Below are positions 51,132-60,465 of a DNA stretch of 64,000 bases, piece after piece. Position 1 is the first letter of the stretch, and the number at the start of each line of letters is the position of its first letter. Location: the NCBI GenBank assembly GCA_964551985.1, contig CAZKFG010000002.1:2845-66844 (forward strand), given 5' to 3'. The notes beneath the pieces are model-generated. The model made no database searches and was not told where the DNA came from. It saw nothing but the letters and a program-made list of their open reading frames with translations. Made by a program: the position numbers and the translations under genes. Origin of the DNA: an uncultured Acidaminococcales bacterium (lineage in GTDB: Bacteria; Bacillota; Negativicutes; Acidaminococcales; JAISLQ01).

Positions 51132-52409
51132 TTATTTGCAAAATTCTTCTTCTATCAAGTGTATTGCCATCGCATCGCGAAGCTTTGGCTCAAACCAAGT
51201 AGATTTTGGCGGCATAATTTGATTGTTATCTGCAATATCCATAAGTTCTTGCATAGAAGTTGGATACATAGCAAAAGCAACCTGCGCTTTTTTATCATCT
51301 ACCAATTTGACAAGTTCATCAAGTCCGCGAATTCCGCCAATAAACATTATTCTCTGATCAACTCTTGGGTCGATAATACCTAAAATAGGCTTGAGCAAAT
51401 TATCTTGCAAAATACTCACATCAAGACTAGCAGTCGGATGCGTTTCATCAAAACTACCAGATTTTGCTTTAAGACAATACCACTGACCTGCTAAATACAT
51501 TCTAAATTCGTGCCTAGCAGTTGGTTTTTGCATTTTTTCCAACTTTTGCACAATAAAACACTGCTGCACTTTTTGCAAAAACTCTTGTTCTGACAAGCCA
51601 TTTAAATCTTTTACCGCTCTATTATAATCGAGTATTTGCATCATATCATCAGGAAATATAACCGTTAGAAAATAGTTGTAATCTTCTTCACCAGTATGGT
51701 TTTTGTTATTTTTTTGGCAAAGGTCAGCTACCCTCATTGCCGCAGCTGATCTATGATGTCCGTCTGCTATATATAAATAATCTATTTTTAAAAAGGCATC
51801 TTTAATTGCTATTATATCATCGTCTTTATCCACAACATAAAGTGTATGTTCTATCCCGTCATCACTTGTAAAATCGTATACGGGGGAATTTTTTTGCATG
51901 ATGCTTTGTACAATTTTTTCAACTTGTAGAGATTTTTTATAGGCTAAAAACACTGCTCCAGTTTGCGCGGCAAGCGTTTTTATATGGTTTACCCTATCAT
52001 CTTCCTTATCAGGTCTTGTAAGTTCGTGTTTTTTTATAATATTTTTGCGATATTCTTCAACTGATGACGCACCGACTATACCTATTTGCTCATGAGCATT
52101 CATTTTTTGTCTGTATATGTAAAAACAAGGCTTGCTATCTACAACAAGAGATCTATCTTCTTGGTATTTAAGCAAGTTTTCTTTTGCTTTGTCATAAATA
52201 ATTTGAGAATGAACGTCTATCTCATCAGCTAACTGCGCTTCTGATTTTGTTACACTCAAAAAGCTAAGTGGATTTTTTCTTATCTGTTCTCTTGCCTCTT
52301 GGGTATCCATAACATCATAAGGTAGTGACGCTATTTTTTTTGCTAAATCACTTCTTGGTCTTAAAGCTTTAAATGGTCTTATGTCAGCCAAAAAATACAC
52401 CTCTTTCAC
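51132..52409 (-). CDS. DUF1015-family protein
   Basis: IRPFKALRP near the N-terminus and IADGHHRSAAA. 425 aa. Function unknown. Confidence 0.8.
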   Translation of the reverse strand: MKEVYFLADIRPFKALRPRSDLAKKIASLPYDVMDTQEAREQIRKNPLSFLSVTKSEAQLADEIDVHSQIIYDKAKENLLKYQEDRSLVVDSKPCFYIYRQKMNAHEQIGIVGASSVEEYRKNIIKKHELTRPDKEDDRVNHIKTLAAQTGAVFLAYKKSLQVEKIVQSIMQKNSPVYDFTSDDGIEHTLYVVDKDDDIIAIKDAFLKIDYLYIADGHHRSAAAMRVADLCQKNNKNHTGEEDYNYFLTVIFPDDMMQILDYNRAVKDLNGLSEQEFLQKVQQCFIVQKLEKMQKPTARHEFRMYLAGQWYCLKAKSGSFDETHPTASLDVSILQDNLLKPILGIIDPRVDQRIMFIGGIRGLDELVKLVDDKKAQVAFAMYPTSMQELMDIADNNQIMPPKSTWFEPKLRDAMAIHLIEEEFCK

Positions 52410-52455
52410 TAGTTGTTTTCTAAATTATATATTAAAAGCAATGTATAATAAAGAG

Positions 52456-53853
52456 CTATTTTTTCATTTTCATTTGATGAATAGGTTGTCCAAAAATACC
52501 TTCTGCGCACTCTAAAACAGCTTCGCTTAAAGTAGGATGAGGATGAACGCTATGCGCAATTTGCTCGGCGGTTAGTTTGTTGCTTATAGCTACAACACCT
52601 TCCATTATCAAACTACTAGCTCCATAACCCATTATATGCATCCCTAAAACAATATGACTTTGACTATCTGCAACAATCTTTACCAGTCCGTCAGTCTGTC
52701 CTATAGCAACCGCCTTGCCAATGCCGGCAAAATTAAATTTACTTACAACAATATCCATTCCACTATCTTTTGCTTGCCCTTCCGTAAATCCAACACTTGC
52801 AATTTCAGGCATAGTGAAAATACATCCCGGTATATTATCAAAATTCATTTTAACTTTTTGCCCACAAGCATTTTGTGCTGCCACAATACCCGCGACAGAA
52901 GCACTGTGAGCGAGCATTGATTTTCCAGTAACATCACCTATGGCAAAAACGCCTTCTATATTTGTTTGCAAACTCTCGTCAACATAGATACCTTTTTTAT
53001 CAAATTCAACGCTTAAGTTTTCCAGTCCGATATTGTGTATATTTGGTTTGCGTCCTGTGCAAACCAAAACTTTTTCAGCTAAAACTTCTTGCACTTCAGT
53101 TGCACTTTCTATACTACAAGATAACATTTGGCCTTGATTTGCAATTTTTTTAACTGCACTTGAAGTTAAAAATTTTATTCCTTGTTTGCGAAGAGAAATG
53201 CCACTACGCATCACGATATCTTTGTCCATACCATTTAATATGTTAGGCAGCATCTCAACTACAGTAACCTGACAGCCTAAGTTTTGAAAAACCGTTGCAA
53301 ATTCTATGCCTATAACGCCACCACCTATTATGACTAGACTTTCAGGCACTTTATCCAACTCTAGTAGCTTGTCACTATCTAAAACACCATCTAAATTTAT
53401 ACCTTCTATTGGTGGCATAATTGGGCTAGAACCTGTAGCAATAATGATTTTTTGTGCATTGATAGTTTGGTTTTGTCCATCTTGTGCAACAATAATTTGT
53501 TTATCTTTTTGTAAAGTAGCGCTACCTGTGATAACATCTATAGCATACGATTTTAAGATTGTCGCAATTCCATCACGCAGCTGTTTTGTAACAGAGTTTT
53601 TACGTTGCATTATCGCAGTAAAATCAAAACCTATATTATCAGCTATTATGCCAAAATTTTTGCATTCTTTTAATTCTTTATATTTTTCTACACTTTTTAA
53701 AATAGTTTTTGTTGGTATACAGCCATAATTCAAGCAGGTGCCACCAAGCTGATCTTTTTCAATAAGTGCAACTTTAGCCCCAAGCTGCGCCGCTTTTATT
53801 GCTGCAACATAACCACCAGGTCCTGCACCAATTATGGCAACATCATAGTTCAT
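52456..53853 (-). CDS. lpdA: Dihydrolipoyl dehydrogenase (L-protein)
   Basis: IIGAGPGGYVAA, redox disulfide GGTCLNYGCIPTK, C-terminal HPHPTLSE. Confidence 0.95.
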   Translation of the reverse strand: MNYDVAIIGAGPGGYVAAIKAAQLGAKVALIEKDQLGGTCLNYGCIPTKTILKSVEKYKELKECKNFGIIADNIGFDFTAIMQRKNSVTKQLRDGIATILKSYAIDVITGSATLQKDKQIIVAQDGQNQTINAQKIIIATGSSPIMPPIEGINLDGVLDSDKLLELDKVPESLVIIGGGVIGIEFATVFQNLGCQVTVVEMLPNILNGMDKDIVMRSGISLRKQGIKFLTSSAVKKIANQGQMLSCSIESATEVQEVLAEKVLVCTGRKPNIHNIGLENLSVEFDKKGIYVDESLQTNIEGVFAIGDVTGKSMLAHSASVAGIVAAQNACGQKVKMNFDNIPGCIFTMPEIASVGFTEGQAKDSGMDIVVSKFNFAGIGKAVAIGQTDGLVKIVADSQSHIVLGMHIMGYGASSLIMEGVVAISNKLTAEQIAHSVHPHPTLSEAVLECAEGIFGQPIHQMKMKK

Positions 53854-53872
53854 AAAAACCTCCTGTTGTTAT

Positions 53873-53900
53873 ATTAGGCTGCCTATATAGGCAGCCTAAT
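53873..53900 (-). promoter_or_regulatory. Perfect 28-nt palindrome (stem-loop without a U-tract) between gcvPB and lpdA
   Basis: ATTAGGCTGCCTAT/ATAGGCAGCCTAAT, 2 nt after the gcvPB stop and 20 nt before the lpdA start. It is followed by AACAGGAGG (the lpdA RBS), not by a T-run. Confidence 0.6.
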
Positions 53901-53902
53901 TA

Positions 53903-55345
53903 TTATTCTTGCCAGATTACTACTGGTTTCCTTGCCGCACTTGCTTCATCTAAACGGCTTACAACCGTATCTTGTGGAGCGGTTGTAACAAGTGTAGAAT
54001 CTGTTTGCGCTTCTTTTGCTATTTTAAGCATTGCATCAATAAAATCATCTAGAGTCTCTTTGCTCTCTGTCTCGGTTGGCTCAATCATCAACGCTTCTTC
54101 TACAATCAAAGGAAAATAGATTGTCGGCGGATGATAGCCATAATCTAGAAGTCTTTTAGCAATGTCTAAAGTTTTCACGCCATATGGTTTTTGCTTTTTT
54201 GATGTCAGTACGCACTCGTGCATACAATAGCGATTAAACGGACTGTCATAAGCCTCTTTCAAACTAGCCAAACAATAGTTTGCCGCCAAAATAGCATCTA
54301 AACTGGCTTGTTTTAAGCCATCTCCGCCCATTGCAAGAATATAAGCATAAGTTCTGACAATAACACCAAAATTACCAAAAAAGGCATGTATTTTCCCTAT
54401 GGATAGAGGTCTTTCATAATCTAATGAATAAACTTCATTTTCGCATTTAATTAGTGGTACAGGTAAAAACTGCATAAGTTCTTTTTTTACACCAATTGGA
54501 CCCGCACCAGGTCCACCACCACCGTGCGGTGTGGAGAAGGTTTTGTGTACATTAAAATGAATTACATCAAAGCCCATATCACCAGGTCTGACAAGCCCCA
54601 TAATCGCATTGGCATTAGCTCCGTCATAATATAGCAATCCGCCCGCATCGTGGACAATTTGCGCTATTTGTTTGATATTACTTTCAAACAAACCAAGTGT
54701 GCTCGGGTTTGTCAGCATTATTGCCGCAGTATCATCACCAACAGCATCTTTTAGTGCTTGTAAGTCAATAGAACCGTCAGGATGAGACTGAATTTGTACA
54801 ACATCCATACCACAAACCGTTGCGGTCGCAGGGTTGGTACCGTGCGCCGAATCTGGAACTATTACCTTATTGCGATTACTTTTATTATGTCTATGATAAG
54901 CCTTGATAAGTTTCATACCAACAAGTTCACCGTGCGCCCCTGCTGCCGGTTGCAAACAAACCTCGTCCATTCCAGAAATTTCTGCAAGATATTTTTGCGT
55001 TTCAAACATAAGTTTTAAACAGCCTTGTGATAATTCTTCCGGCTGCAATGGATGAGTCAAAGCAAATCCAGGCAGACGGCATACAACTTCATTTATTTTA
55101 GGATTATATTTCATTGTGCAAGAGCCAAGTGGATAAAACCCTGCGTCCAATCCAAAATTACGCTGTGATAAATTTGTATAGTGTCGCACTACATCAAGCT
55201 GGCTAAGTTCTGGTAATTTTGCTTTATCGCATCTTAAAAAATTCTCTGGCAAAACATATTTTTTAGGTACATCGCACTCAGGCAAATCGACCCCGCATCT
55301 TCCCGTGTGGCTTAATTCAAAAATTAGTTTTTTATCTTTATTCAT
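53903..55345 (-). CDS. gcvPB: Glycine dehydrogenase (decarboxylating) subunit 2
   Basis: PLP-lysine region [18 protein letters not shown]. 480 aa. 4-nt overlap with gcvPA. Confidence 0.96.
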   Translation of the reverse strand: MNKDKKLIFELSHTGRCGVDLPECDVPKKYVLPENFLRCDKAKLPELSQLDVVRHYTNLSQRNFGLDAGFYPLGSCTMKYNPKINEVVCRLPGFALTHPLQPEELSQGCLKLMFETQKYLAEISGMDEVCLQPAAGAHGELVGMKLIKAYHRHNKSNRNKVIVPDSAHGTNPATATVCGMDVVQIQSHPDGSIDLQALKDAVGDDTAAIMLTNPSTLGLFESNIKQIAQIVHDAGGLLYYDGANANAIMGLVRPGDMGFDVIHFNVHKTFSTPHGGGGPGAGPIGVKKELMQFLPVPLIKCENEVYSLDYERPLSIGKIHAFFGNFGVIVRTYAYILAMGGDGLKQASLDAILAANYCLASLKEAYDSPFNRYCMHECVLTSKKQKPYGVKTLDIAKRLLDYGYHPPTIYFPLIVEEALMIEPTETESKETLDDFIDAMLKIAKEAQTDSTLVTTAPQDTVVSRLDEASAARKPVVIWQE

Positions 55346-56688
55346 TTTAAGCCTCCTAGCACTTGGACCAAAGTATCTATTTCTTCTTTTGTGCGATTTT
55401 CAGTAACACAAATGAGCATGCAGTCTTTAAGCTCTTTATAATATCTGCCTAAATCAAGTCCACCGACAATATTGTGTTTTAACAGCTCTTTATTTATAAC
55501 ATCGATATTTTTTGGCATTTTTATGACAAATTCTTTGAAAAATGGTGCAGAAAACATCCCATCAAAGCCTTTTAATGCAGTAATTTGCTCATAAGCATAA
55601 TGCGCTTTTTGCAGGTTTAAATCAGCAATTTGCACCAAACCTTCTTTGCCGACAGTGCTTAAATAGACTGCTGCCGCCAAAGCACATAATGCCTGATTCG
55701 AGCAAATATTTGAGGTGGCTTTTTCACGTCTTATATGTTGTTCGCGTGCTTGTAGTGTAAGTACAAAACCGCGTCTACCTTTATCATCTACTGTTTGTCC
55801 GACAATTCTACCAGGCATTTTGCGCATAAAAATTGAAGTTGTTGCAAAAAAACCCACTCCAGGTCCACCAAAACTAGCACTTATCCCTAGCGGTTGACCT
55901 TCACCAACAACAATATCTGCGCCAAGCTTTCCAGGTGCTTCTAATAATGCTAACGATATTGGATCCGTGACTACAATAACAACTATTCCGCTTTGATGAG
56001 CTAAATCGCTCATTTTTTTAACATCTTCTATAGAACCAAAAAAGTTTGGTGTTTGAATTATAACTGCAGCAACATCTTTGTTTAACTGTGTTTGTAATTT
56101 TTCTATATCAGTCGTACCGTCACTATAATTTGCTATATCAACTTCAACATCAAGATCAATCATATAAGCATTGAGCACAGATTGATAATGCGGATGTACA
56201 GTACTGCTTATAACTACTTTTTTTCGTTTAGTATGTCCTACAGCCATCATTGCAGCCTCTGCCATAGCTGTTGAACCGTCATACATAGAAGCGTTCGCCA
56301 CTTGCATGCCTGTAAGAGCGCAAATCATACTTTGATATTCCCACAGTGCTTGCAAATAACCTTGCGCTACTTCCGGTTGATATTGAGTGTAGGCAGTATA
56401 AAATTCTGAGCGACTAATAATGCTATCTACTACAACAGGTATATAGTGATCATACATCCCAGCACCTAAAAAATAAGTATAATTATTGAAATTTGCATTT
56501 TTAGCTGCTGTATTTTGTAGTAGCTTTAAAATAGAGCGTTCATCTAAAGCTTTAGGCAGATCAAGTGGTCTATCAAGTCTTAGATTTTCCGGTATATCTT
56601 GTAATAGCTTTTCCATTGAATCGACGCCTATTTTAGAGAGCATATTTTGTCTATCTTCATCTGTGTGTGGCAAATAACTCCATGTCAT
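55342..56688 (-). CDS. gcvPA: Glycine dehydrogenase (decarboxylating) subunit 1
   Basis: [53 protein letters not shown]. Confidence 0.96.
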   Translation of the reverse strand: MTWSYLPHTDEDRQNMLSKIGVDSMEKLLQDIPENLRLDRPLDLPKALDERSILKLLQNTAAKNANFNNYTYFLGAGMYDHYIPVVVDSIISRSEFYTAYTQYQPEVAQGYLQALWEYQSMICALTGMQVANASMYDGSTAMAEAAMMAVGHTKRKKVVISSTVHPHYQSVLNAYMIDLDVEVDIANYSDGTTDIEKLQTQLNKDVAAVIIQTPNFFGSIEDVKKMSDLAHQSGIVVIVVTDPISLALLEAPGKLGADIVVGEGQPLGISASFGGPGVGFFATTSIFMRKMPGRIVGQTVDDKGRRGFVLTLQAREQHIRREKATSNICSNQALCALAAAVYLSTVGKEGLVQIADLNLQKAHYAYEQITALKGFDGMFSAPFFKEFVIKMPKNIDVINKELLKHNIVGGLDLGRYYKELKDCMLICVTENRTKEEIDTLVQVLGGLK

Positions 56689-56693
56689 TAGTA

Positions 56694-57077
56694 TTACTCC
56701 TCACTACAAAATTTTTCGTAAGCTATGCTATCAATTAAATCATCAAGTTGACTTTTATCTGCAATCTCAACCTTAACTATCCAGCCATCACCATAAACAT
56801 CTTGGTTTACAGTCTCAGGGGCATCAGCTAAAAGGCTGTTTACTTCGACAATTTTACCGCTTACAGGAGCATATATATCAGAGACGGCTTTAACTGACTC
56901 AATTGCTGCAAATTCGCTGCCTACACTAATTTCTCGCCCTTGTTCAGGCAAATCTACAAAAACAATATCTCCTAATCTTGATTGAGCAACATCTGTAATG
57001 CCTATTGTGACAATATTTCCTTCAACTCTCACCCATTCGTGTTCTTTTGAGTATTTTAATTCTTGTGGTATATTCAT
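56694..57077 (-). CDS. gcvH: Glycine cleavage system H protein
   Basis: Lipoyl-lysine motif IESVKAVSDIYAPVSG. KYSKEHEWV at the N-terminus. Confidence 0.96.
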   Translation of the reverse strand: MNIPQELKYSKEHEWVRVEGNIVTIGITDVAQSRLGDIVFVDLPEQGREISVGSEFAAIESVKAVSDIYAPVSGKIVEVNSLLADAPETVNQDVYGDGWIVKVEIADKSQLDDLIDSIAYEKFCSEE

Positions 57078-57079
57078 AA

Positions 57080-58180
57080 TTATTTTCTCTCCTTTTTATA
57101 AAATGGTTTTGCAATCACTTTCGCCGCAAGTTTTTTACCGCGAATTTCAATAAATATATTTTGGTCGACAACTGCATAATTTTTATCTACTAATGCTAGT
57201 CCTAAATTTTTTCCGATTGTTGGCGATACAGAACCTGTAGTTACCTTGCCTATACACTTGTCATCAGCATAAACTAAATAATCTGCTCTAGCGATTCCTC
57301 TATCTATCATTTCAAAGCCTATTATTTTTTTATCTACCCCATTTTGTTTTTGTTCTGCAAGTGCTTTTTTGCCTATAAAGTCTTCTTTATTTACTTTAAC
57401 AAACATACCAATACCAGCTTGTACTGGTGTAATAGTATCAGACAACTCATGTCCGTAAAGCGGCAGGCAAGCTTCAAATCTCAAGGTATCTCTTGCACCT
57501 AATCCTGCTGGTTGCAAACCTTCTTGACTGCCTGCTTTTAAAAGTTCGTCCCATAAAATTGGTGCGTCTTGCACTTTACAGTAAATTTCAAAACCATCTT
57601 CACCTGTATAACCAGTGCGTGAAATTATAACAGTGCAGTTTGCAAGTTTTATTTCTGGATAAAAACGATAATACTGTAAATTTCCCACATCAGCGTCTGT
57701 TAGCTTTCCGACAATATGTTCTGCAATAGGTCCTTGTATAGCAATAAGCGCAATATCATTAGATAAATCTTTTAGCTTGACTGACAAATCGCCCTTATGC
57801 TCATTTAGCCACTGCCAATCTTTTTCAATGTTGCTAGCATTTACAACCAAAAGATATTTTTGATCATCATATTTATAAATCAGCAGGTCATCAACGGTTG
57901 TACCGTTTGGATAGCACATTGGAGAATATTGAACTTGATTTGCCTGCATTAATGACAAATCATTTGTAACCATTTTTTGAATAAAATCAAATGAGTCTTT
58001 GCCTGCAACCAAAAATTCGCCCATATGCGATACATCAAACAAACCTGCTTTTTCTCTAACTGCCTTATGTTCAGCAACAATTCCTTGATACTCAACAGGC
58101 ATAAGCCAACCACCAAACTCTATCATCTTGGCTTTTTGCTCTAGATGTTTTTCGTATAGCGGCGTCTTTTTTACTGTCAT
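57080..58180 (-). CDS. gcvT: Aminomethyltransferase (glycine cleavage T protein)
   Basis: KKTPLYEKH...FGGWLMPVEY...LFDVSHMGEF, SRTGYTGEDGFEI. Confidence 0.96.
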   Translation of the reverse strand: MTVKKTPLYEKHLEQKAKMIEFGGWLMPVEYQGIVAEHKAVREKAGLFDVSHMGEFLVAGKDSFDFIQKMVTNDLSLMQANQVQYSPMCYPNGTTVDDLLIYKYDDQKYLLVVNASNIEKDWQWLNEHKGDLSVKLKDLSNDIALIAIQGPIAEHIVGKLTDADVGNLQYYRFYPEIKLANCTVIISRTGYTGEDGFEIYCKVQDAPILWDELLKAGSQEGLQPAGLGARDTLRFEACLPLYGHELSDTITPVQAGIGMFVKVNKEDFIGKKALAEQKQNGVDKKIIGFEMIDRGIARADYLVYADDKCIGKVTTGSVSPTIGKNLGLALVDKNYAVVDQNIFIEIRGKKLAAKVIAKPFYKKERK

Positions 58181-58258
58181 ACAATCACTCCCTCTTAAAA
58201 TAATCTCAAATAATCAAATTTTTGTTATTTATCTTATTGTATAAAATTTTGACCATAT

Positions 58259-58287
58259 ATTCTAGTAGCAAAATAAAAAACTATCAA
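58259..58287 (-). promoter_or_regulatory. Putative promoter of the gcvT-H-PA-PB(-lpdA) operon
   Basis: Minus strand TTGATA-17 nt-TAGAAT, about 79 nt upstream of the gcvT ATG. Confidence 0.45.
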
Positions 58288-58363
58288 AACACCTGCAATT
58301 GTGTTAAAATGTATACGTGTATCCTTAAATCACCATTTAAAATAGCGAAAGGAGGATGCATAT

Positions 58364-59707
58364 ATGGGTATAATAAAAAAATTAAACAATCTTTTAAATT
58401 TATTTAGAAAAAAGAAAGCATCTTTAGATAATCACCCTACAAATAACGCAAACTTTTCTTCACAGCCTATATATCAAGCGTATGATTTTAGTGCAAACGA
58501 AGTGCGTTCGTTAGTTCTTGATATGTTAAAACCTGTAAGAAAATTAATTAAAGATATAGATATTGATTTTTATAGTAGTGAACAGCTGATATATGCAAAA
58601 GTAGGCTTAAAATCTTTTTTGCAACCCTTTAGCTTTGAAGCTACAATGAAAATAGCTGATATTTGGCAAGATGCTTGGACAAGTACAGCTGTCTTAAAAT
58701 TAAAAGACATTAAAGTATCTTTGGTATCTTATTTCCCTAAATCTTTTGAAAACTGGTGTGGGAAAAAAGTTATTTCAATTATTGGTTTTTTAGGCTCTAT
58801 TCTACAAAAAAAGCATATTGCTAAAAATGCTCACTTTTATCTTCAAGATCAGTTATTGTATATTGATTTTAAACCTTGGTTACAGCATTATTTGGATTTT
58901 TGTGAAAACGACTGCAACAACGAACTTAAACAAATAGATCAGACACATTGGCTCTCTAGCTTATTTAGCAAAGAAGGTCGTTACAAGGGTAAACGCTATT
59001 TGAAAAACCATATAATTTTTGGCGGAGAAATCAGTGAAGATAAGCCTTGTTTGCGCATATACATGTATAGAATCCCTGCCTCGTTATATAAAAACGACGA
59101 AGTACAAAAGGTTATTGCTACAAATAAATCTTCATTAATCGGGAATTGGTTTGAGTGGTCTTTTGCTATTTTGACTTCTTTTTTACTTGTTAGCTTTTTG
59201 GTTCCTTTTGGAATGGAGTATGTCAAACTTCAGCCATTGTATGCCAACAATGTTTTTTCTTTATCCTCAATAATCATTTACAACACTTTTTTAGTTTTAA
59301 TACCACTGTTTATGTTTCGCGTTGTGCTTATGCCAATGCGTCGTATTTGGCAAACAAGACATGGTAATATTGAAATTTTACAAGCAGAAGTATCGCGTGA
59401 CCAGTTTTTTTTACCATTACTTAGAAAATGGATTATTTTATTACAGACAAACGAAAACACAGCATTGCCAACAAAATTACTTTTGGAAATACGCTCATTT
59501 TTGGTAGCTATAGGCAAACAAAAATACTTGCTTGTTGACAAAATAGCTTTGATTGAAAAACGCCGCCAAATTTATTTTAATTTTATTATAGTAGGTTATT
59601 TAGGAGTATGTATTTTAGAACTGTTGCTATTGACTCAGGTCTTACCAACACCTAAATTTTTAGTTTCTAAAATAAATATCATTTTAGAAAATATTCTTTT
59701 GAAATAA
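58364..59707 (+). CDS. Orphan membrane protein (soluble N-terminal region of about 260 aa plus about 3 TM helices); no family recognised
   Basis: Strong RBS (AAAGGAGG plus 8 nt) and an intact 447-aa frame. Hydrophobic segments are WFEWSFAILTSFLLVSFLVPFG, SLSSIIIYNTFLVLIPLFMFRVVL and IYFNFIIVGYLGVCILELLLL. Followed by a terminator. Confidence 0.6.
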   Translation: MGIIKKLNNLLNLFRKKKASLDNHPTNNANFSSQPIYQAYDFSANEVRSLVLDMLKPVRKLIKDIDIDFYSSEQLIYAKVGLKSFLQPFSFEATMKIADIWQDAWTSTAVLKLKDIKVSLVSYFPKSFENWCGKKVISIIGFLGSILQKKHIAKNAHFYLQDQLLYIDFKPWLQHYLDFCENDCNNELKQIDQTHWLSSLFSKEGRYKGKRYLKNHIIFGGEISEDKPCLRIYMYRIPASLYKNDEVQKVIATNKSSLIGNWFEWSFAILTSFLLVSFLVPFGMEYVKLQPLYANNVFSLSSIIIYNTFLVLIPLFMFRVVLMPMRRIWQTRHGNIEILQAEVSRDQFFLPLLRKWIILLQTNENTALPTKLLLEIRSFLVAIGKQKYLLVDKIALIEKRRQIYFNFIIVGYLGVCILELLLLTQVLPTPKFLVSKINIILENILLK

Positions 59708-59717
59708 CAAATATATT

Positions 59718-59745
59718 AAACCCATTGCATTTTAGCAATGGGTTT
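59718..59745. terminator. Bidirectional terminator between the orphan gene (+) and the XRE-cupin regulator gene (-)
   Basis: AAACCCATTGC-attta-GCAATGGGTTT, with a T-run on the plus side and an A-run before it. Confidence 0.8.
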
Positions 59746-59750
59746 TTATA

Positions 59751-60302
59751 TTATGGATTAAAAATAATCATATGTAAAACTACCGTTTCATCACTTATAT
59801 TACAATAAGAATGTTTGGTATCAGCTCTAAAACGTATACTATCACCTTTTTTCAATATAAATTCTCGACCATCGGCGTGAATTTCCATAGTACCTGAAAA
59901 TACTGTAACAAATTCTGTTGTACCCTTTAAATGCGGCTCTGCTTTCCAATAGCTTCCCTTGCCAAGTTCTAGGTAATATACAGCAAATCTACGATTTTCT
60001 GTATCAGGGAAAATAGGGTAGTTTTTAACGTTTCCTTCATTTTCAAGTATAGGTTGCATTTGTGATATTTTTACAATTTCACATGAATTTTTAGGACGAA
60101 TTGTCAGAGCATCAAATGGTATTTTCATACCATTTGACAACTTCCACAATGTTGATATTGTAGGGTTTGCCTCTCCACGTTCAATTTGTGCAAGCATACT
60201 TTTGCTAACACCACTTAGTCTTGCAAGTTCATCCATACTAAGCTTGTTTTCTTCACGTAATCTTTTAATATTAGCTGCCACAATCATATTCATTGTATTC
60301 AT
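59751..60302 (-). CDS. XRE-family transcriptional regulator with C-terminal cupin domain
   Basis: HTH LSMDELARLSGVSKSMLAQIERGEANPTISTLWKLS. Cupin-like beta region EFVTVFSGTMEIHADGREFILKKGDSIRFRADTKHSY. Confidence 0.85.
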   Translation of the reverse strand: MNTMNMIVAANIKRLREENKLSMDELARLSGVSKSMLAQIERGEANPTISTLWKLSNGMKIPFDALTIRPKNSCEIVKISQMQPILENEGNVKNYPIFPDTENRRFAVYYLELGKGSYWKAEPHLKGTTEFVTVFSGTMEIHADGREFILKKGDSIRFRADTKHSYCNISDETVVLHMIIFNP

Positions 60303-60340
60303 AAAAACACCCCTATTGACAATATAAAGAACAAATTGTA

Positions 60341-60371
60341 TTATTATATTGCACGTAATGCAGTATAATAA
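60341..60371. promoter_or_regulatory. 13-bp inverted repeat in the divergent regulator/exporter intergenic region (candidate operator)
   Basis: TTATTATATTGCA-cgtaa-TGCAGTATAATAA, 12 of 13 positions complementary. It lies just downstream of a plus-strand TTGACA-17-TATTAT promoter-like element. Confidence 0.4.
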
Positions 60372-60465
60372 TCTTTTTATATCATTATATAATTTAATTT
60401 TATTATTGTAAATAAATTTTAGATGAATTTATAAGATTGTTATATTCAAAAATCAAGGAGGGGTT

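Noticed and set aside
53306-53728. Long antisense ORFs in the track: 140 aa at 53306-53728 in lpdA, 136 aa at 21023-21433 in tsaC, 125 aa at 5578-5955 in mreB, 110 aa at 2952-3284 in flgA, 95 aa at 12002-12289 in atpA, and many others
   Set aside because: All lie entirely inside well-supported conserved genes on the opposite strand. They have Ser/Pro/Thr/Ile-rich low-complexity compositions typical of shadow frames, lack RBSs, and match no family I recognise.
58181-58363. Expected a glycine riboswitch in the leader of gcvT, the classic location in Firmicutes
   Set aside because: I read the minus strand of the whole 183-nt region. It is AT-rich, with a TTGATA-17-TAGAAT promoter and a leader of about 79 nt. 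It contains none of the conserved glycine-aptamer cores (GGAGAG ... CACCGAAGGGGCAA / CTCTGGAGAG ... ACCGAAGG). No aptamer can be supported. A covariance-model scan (Rfam RF00504) would be the decisive check.
58222-58407. 61-aa plus-strand ORF upstream of and overlapping the orphan gene start
   Set aside because: It runs through the gcv promoter region and into the RBS and start of the 447-aa gene in another frame. It has no RBS and a low-complexity composition.
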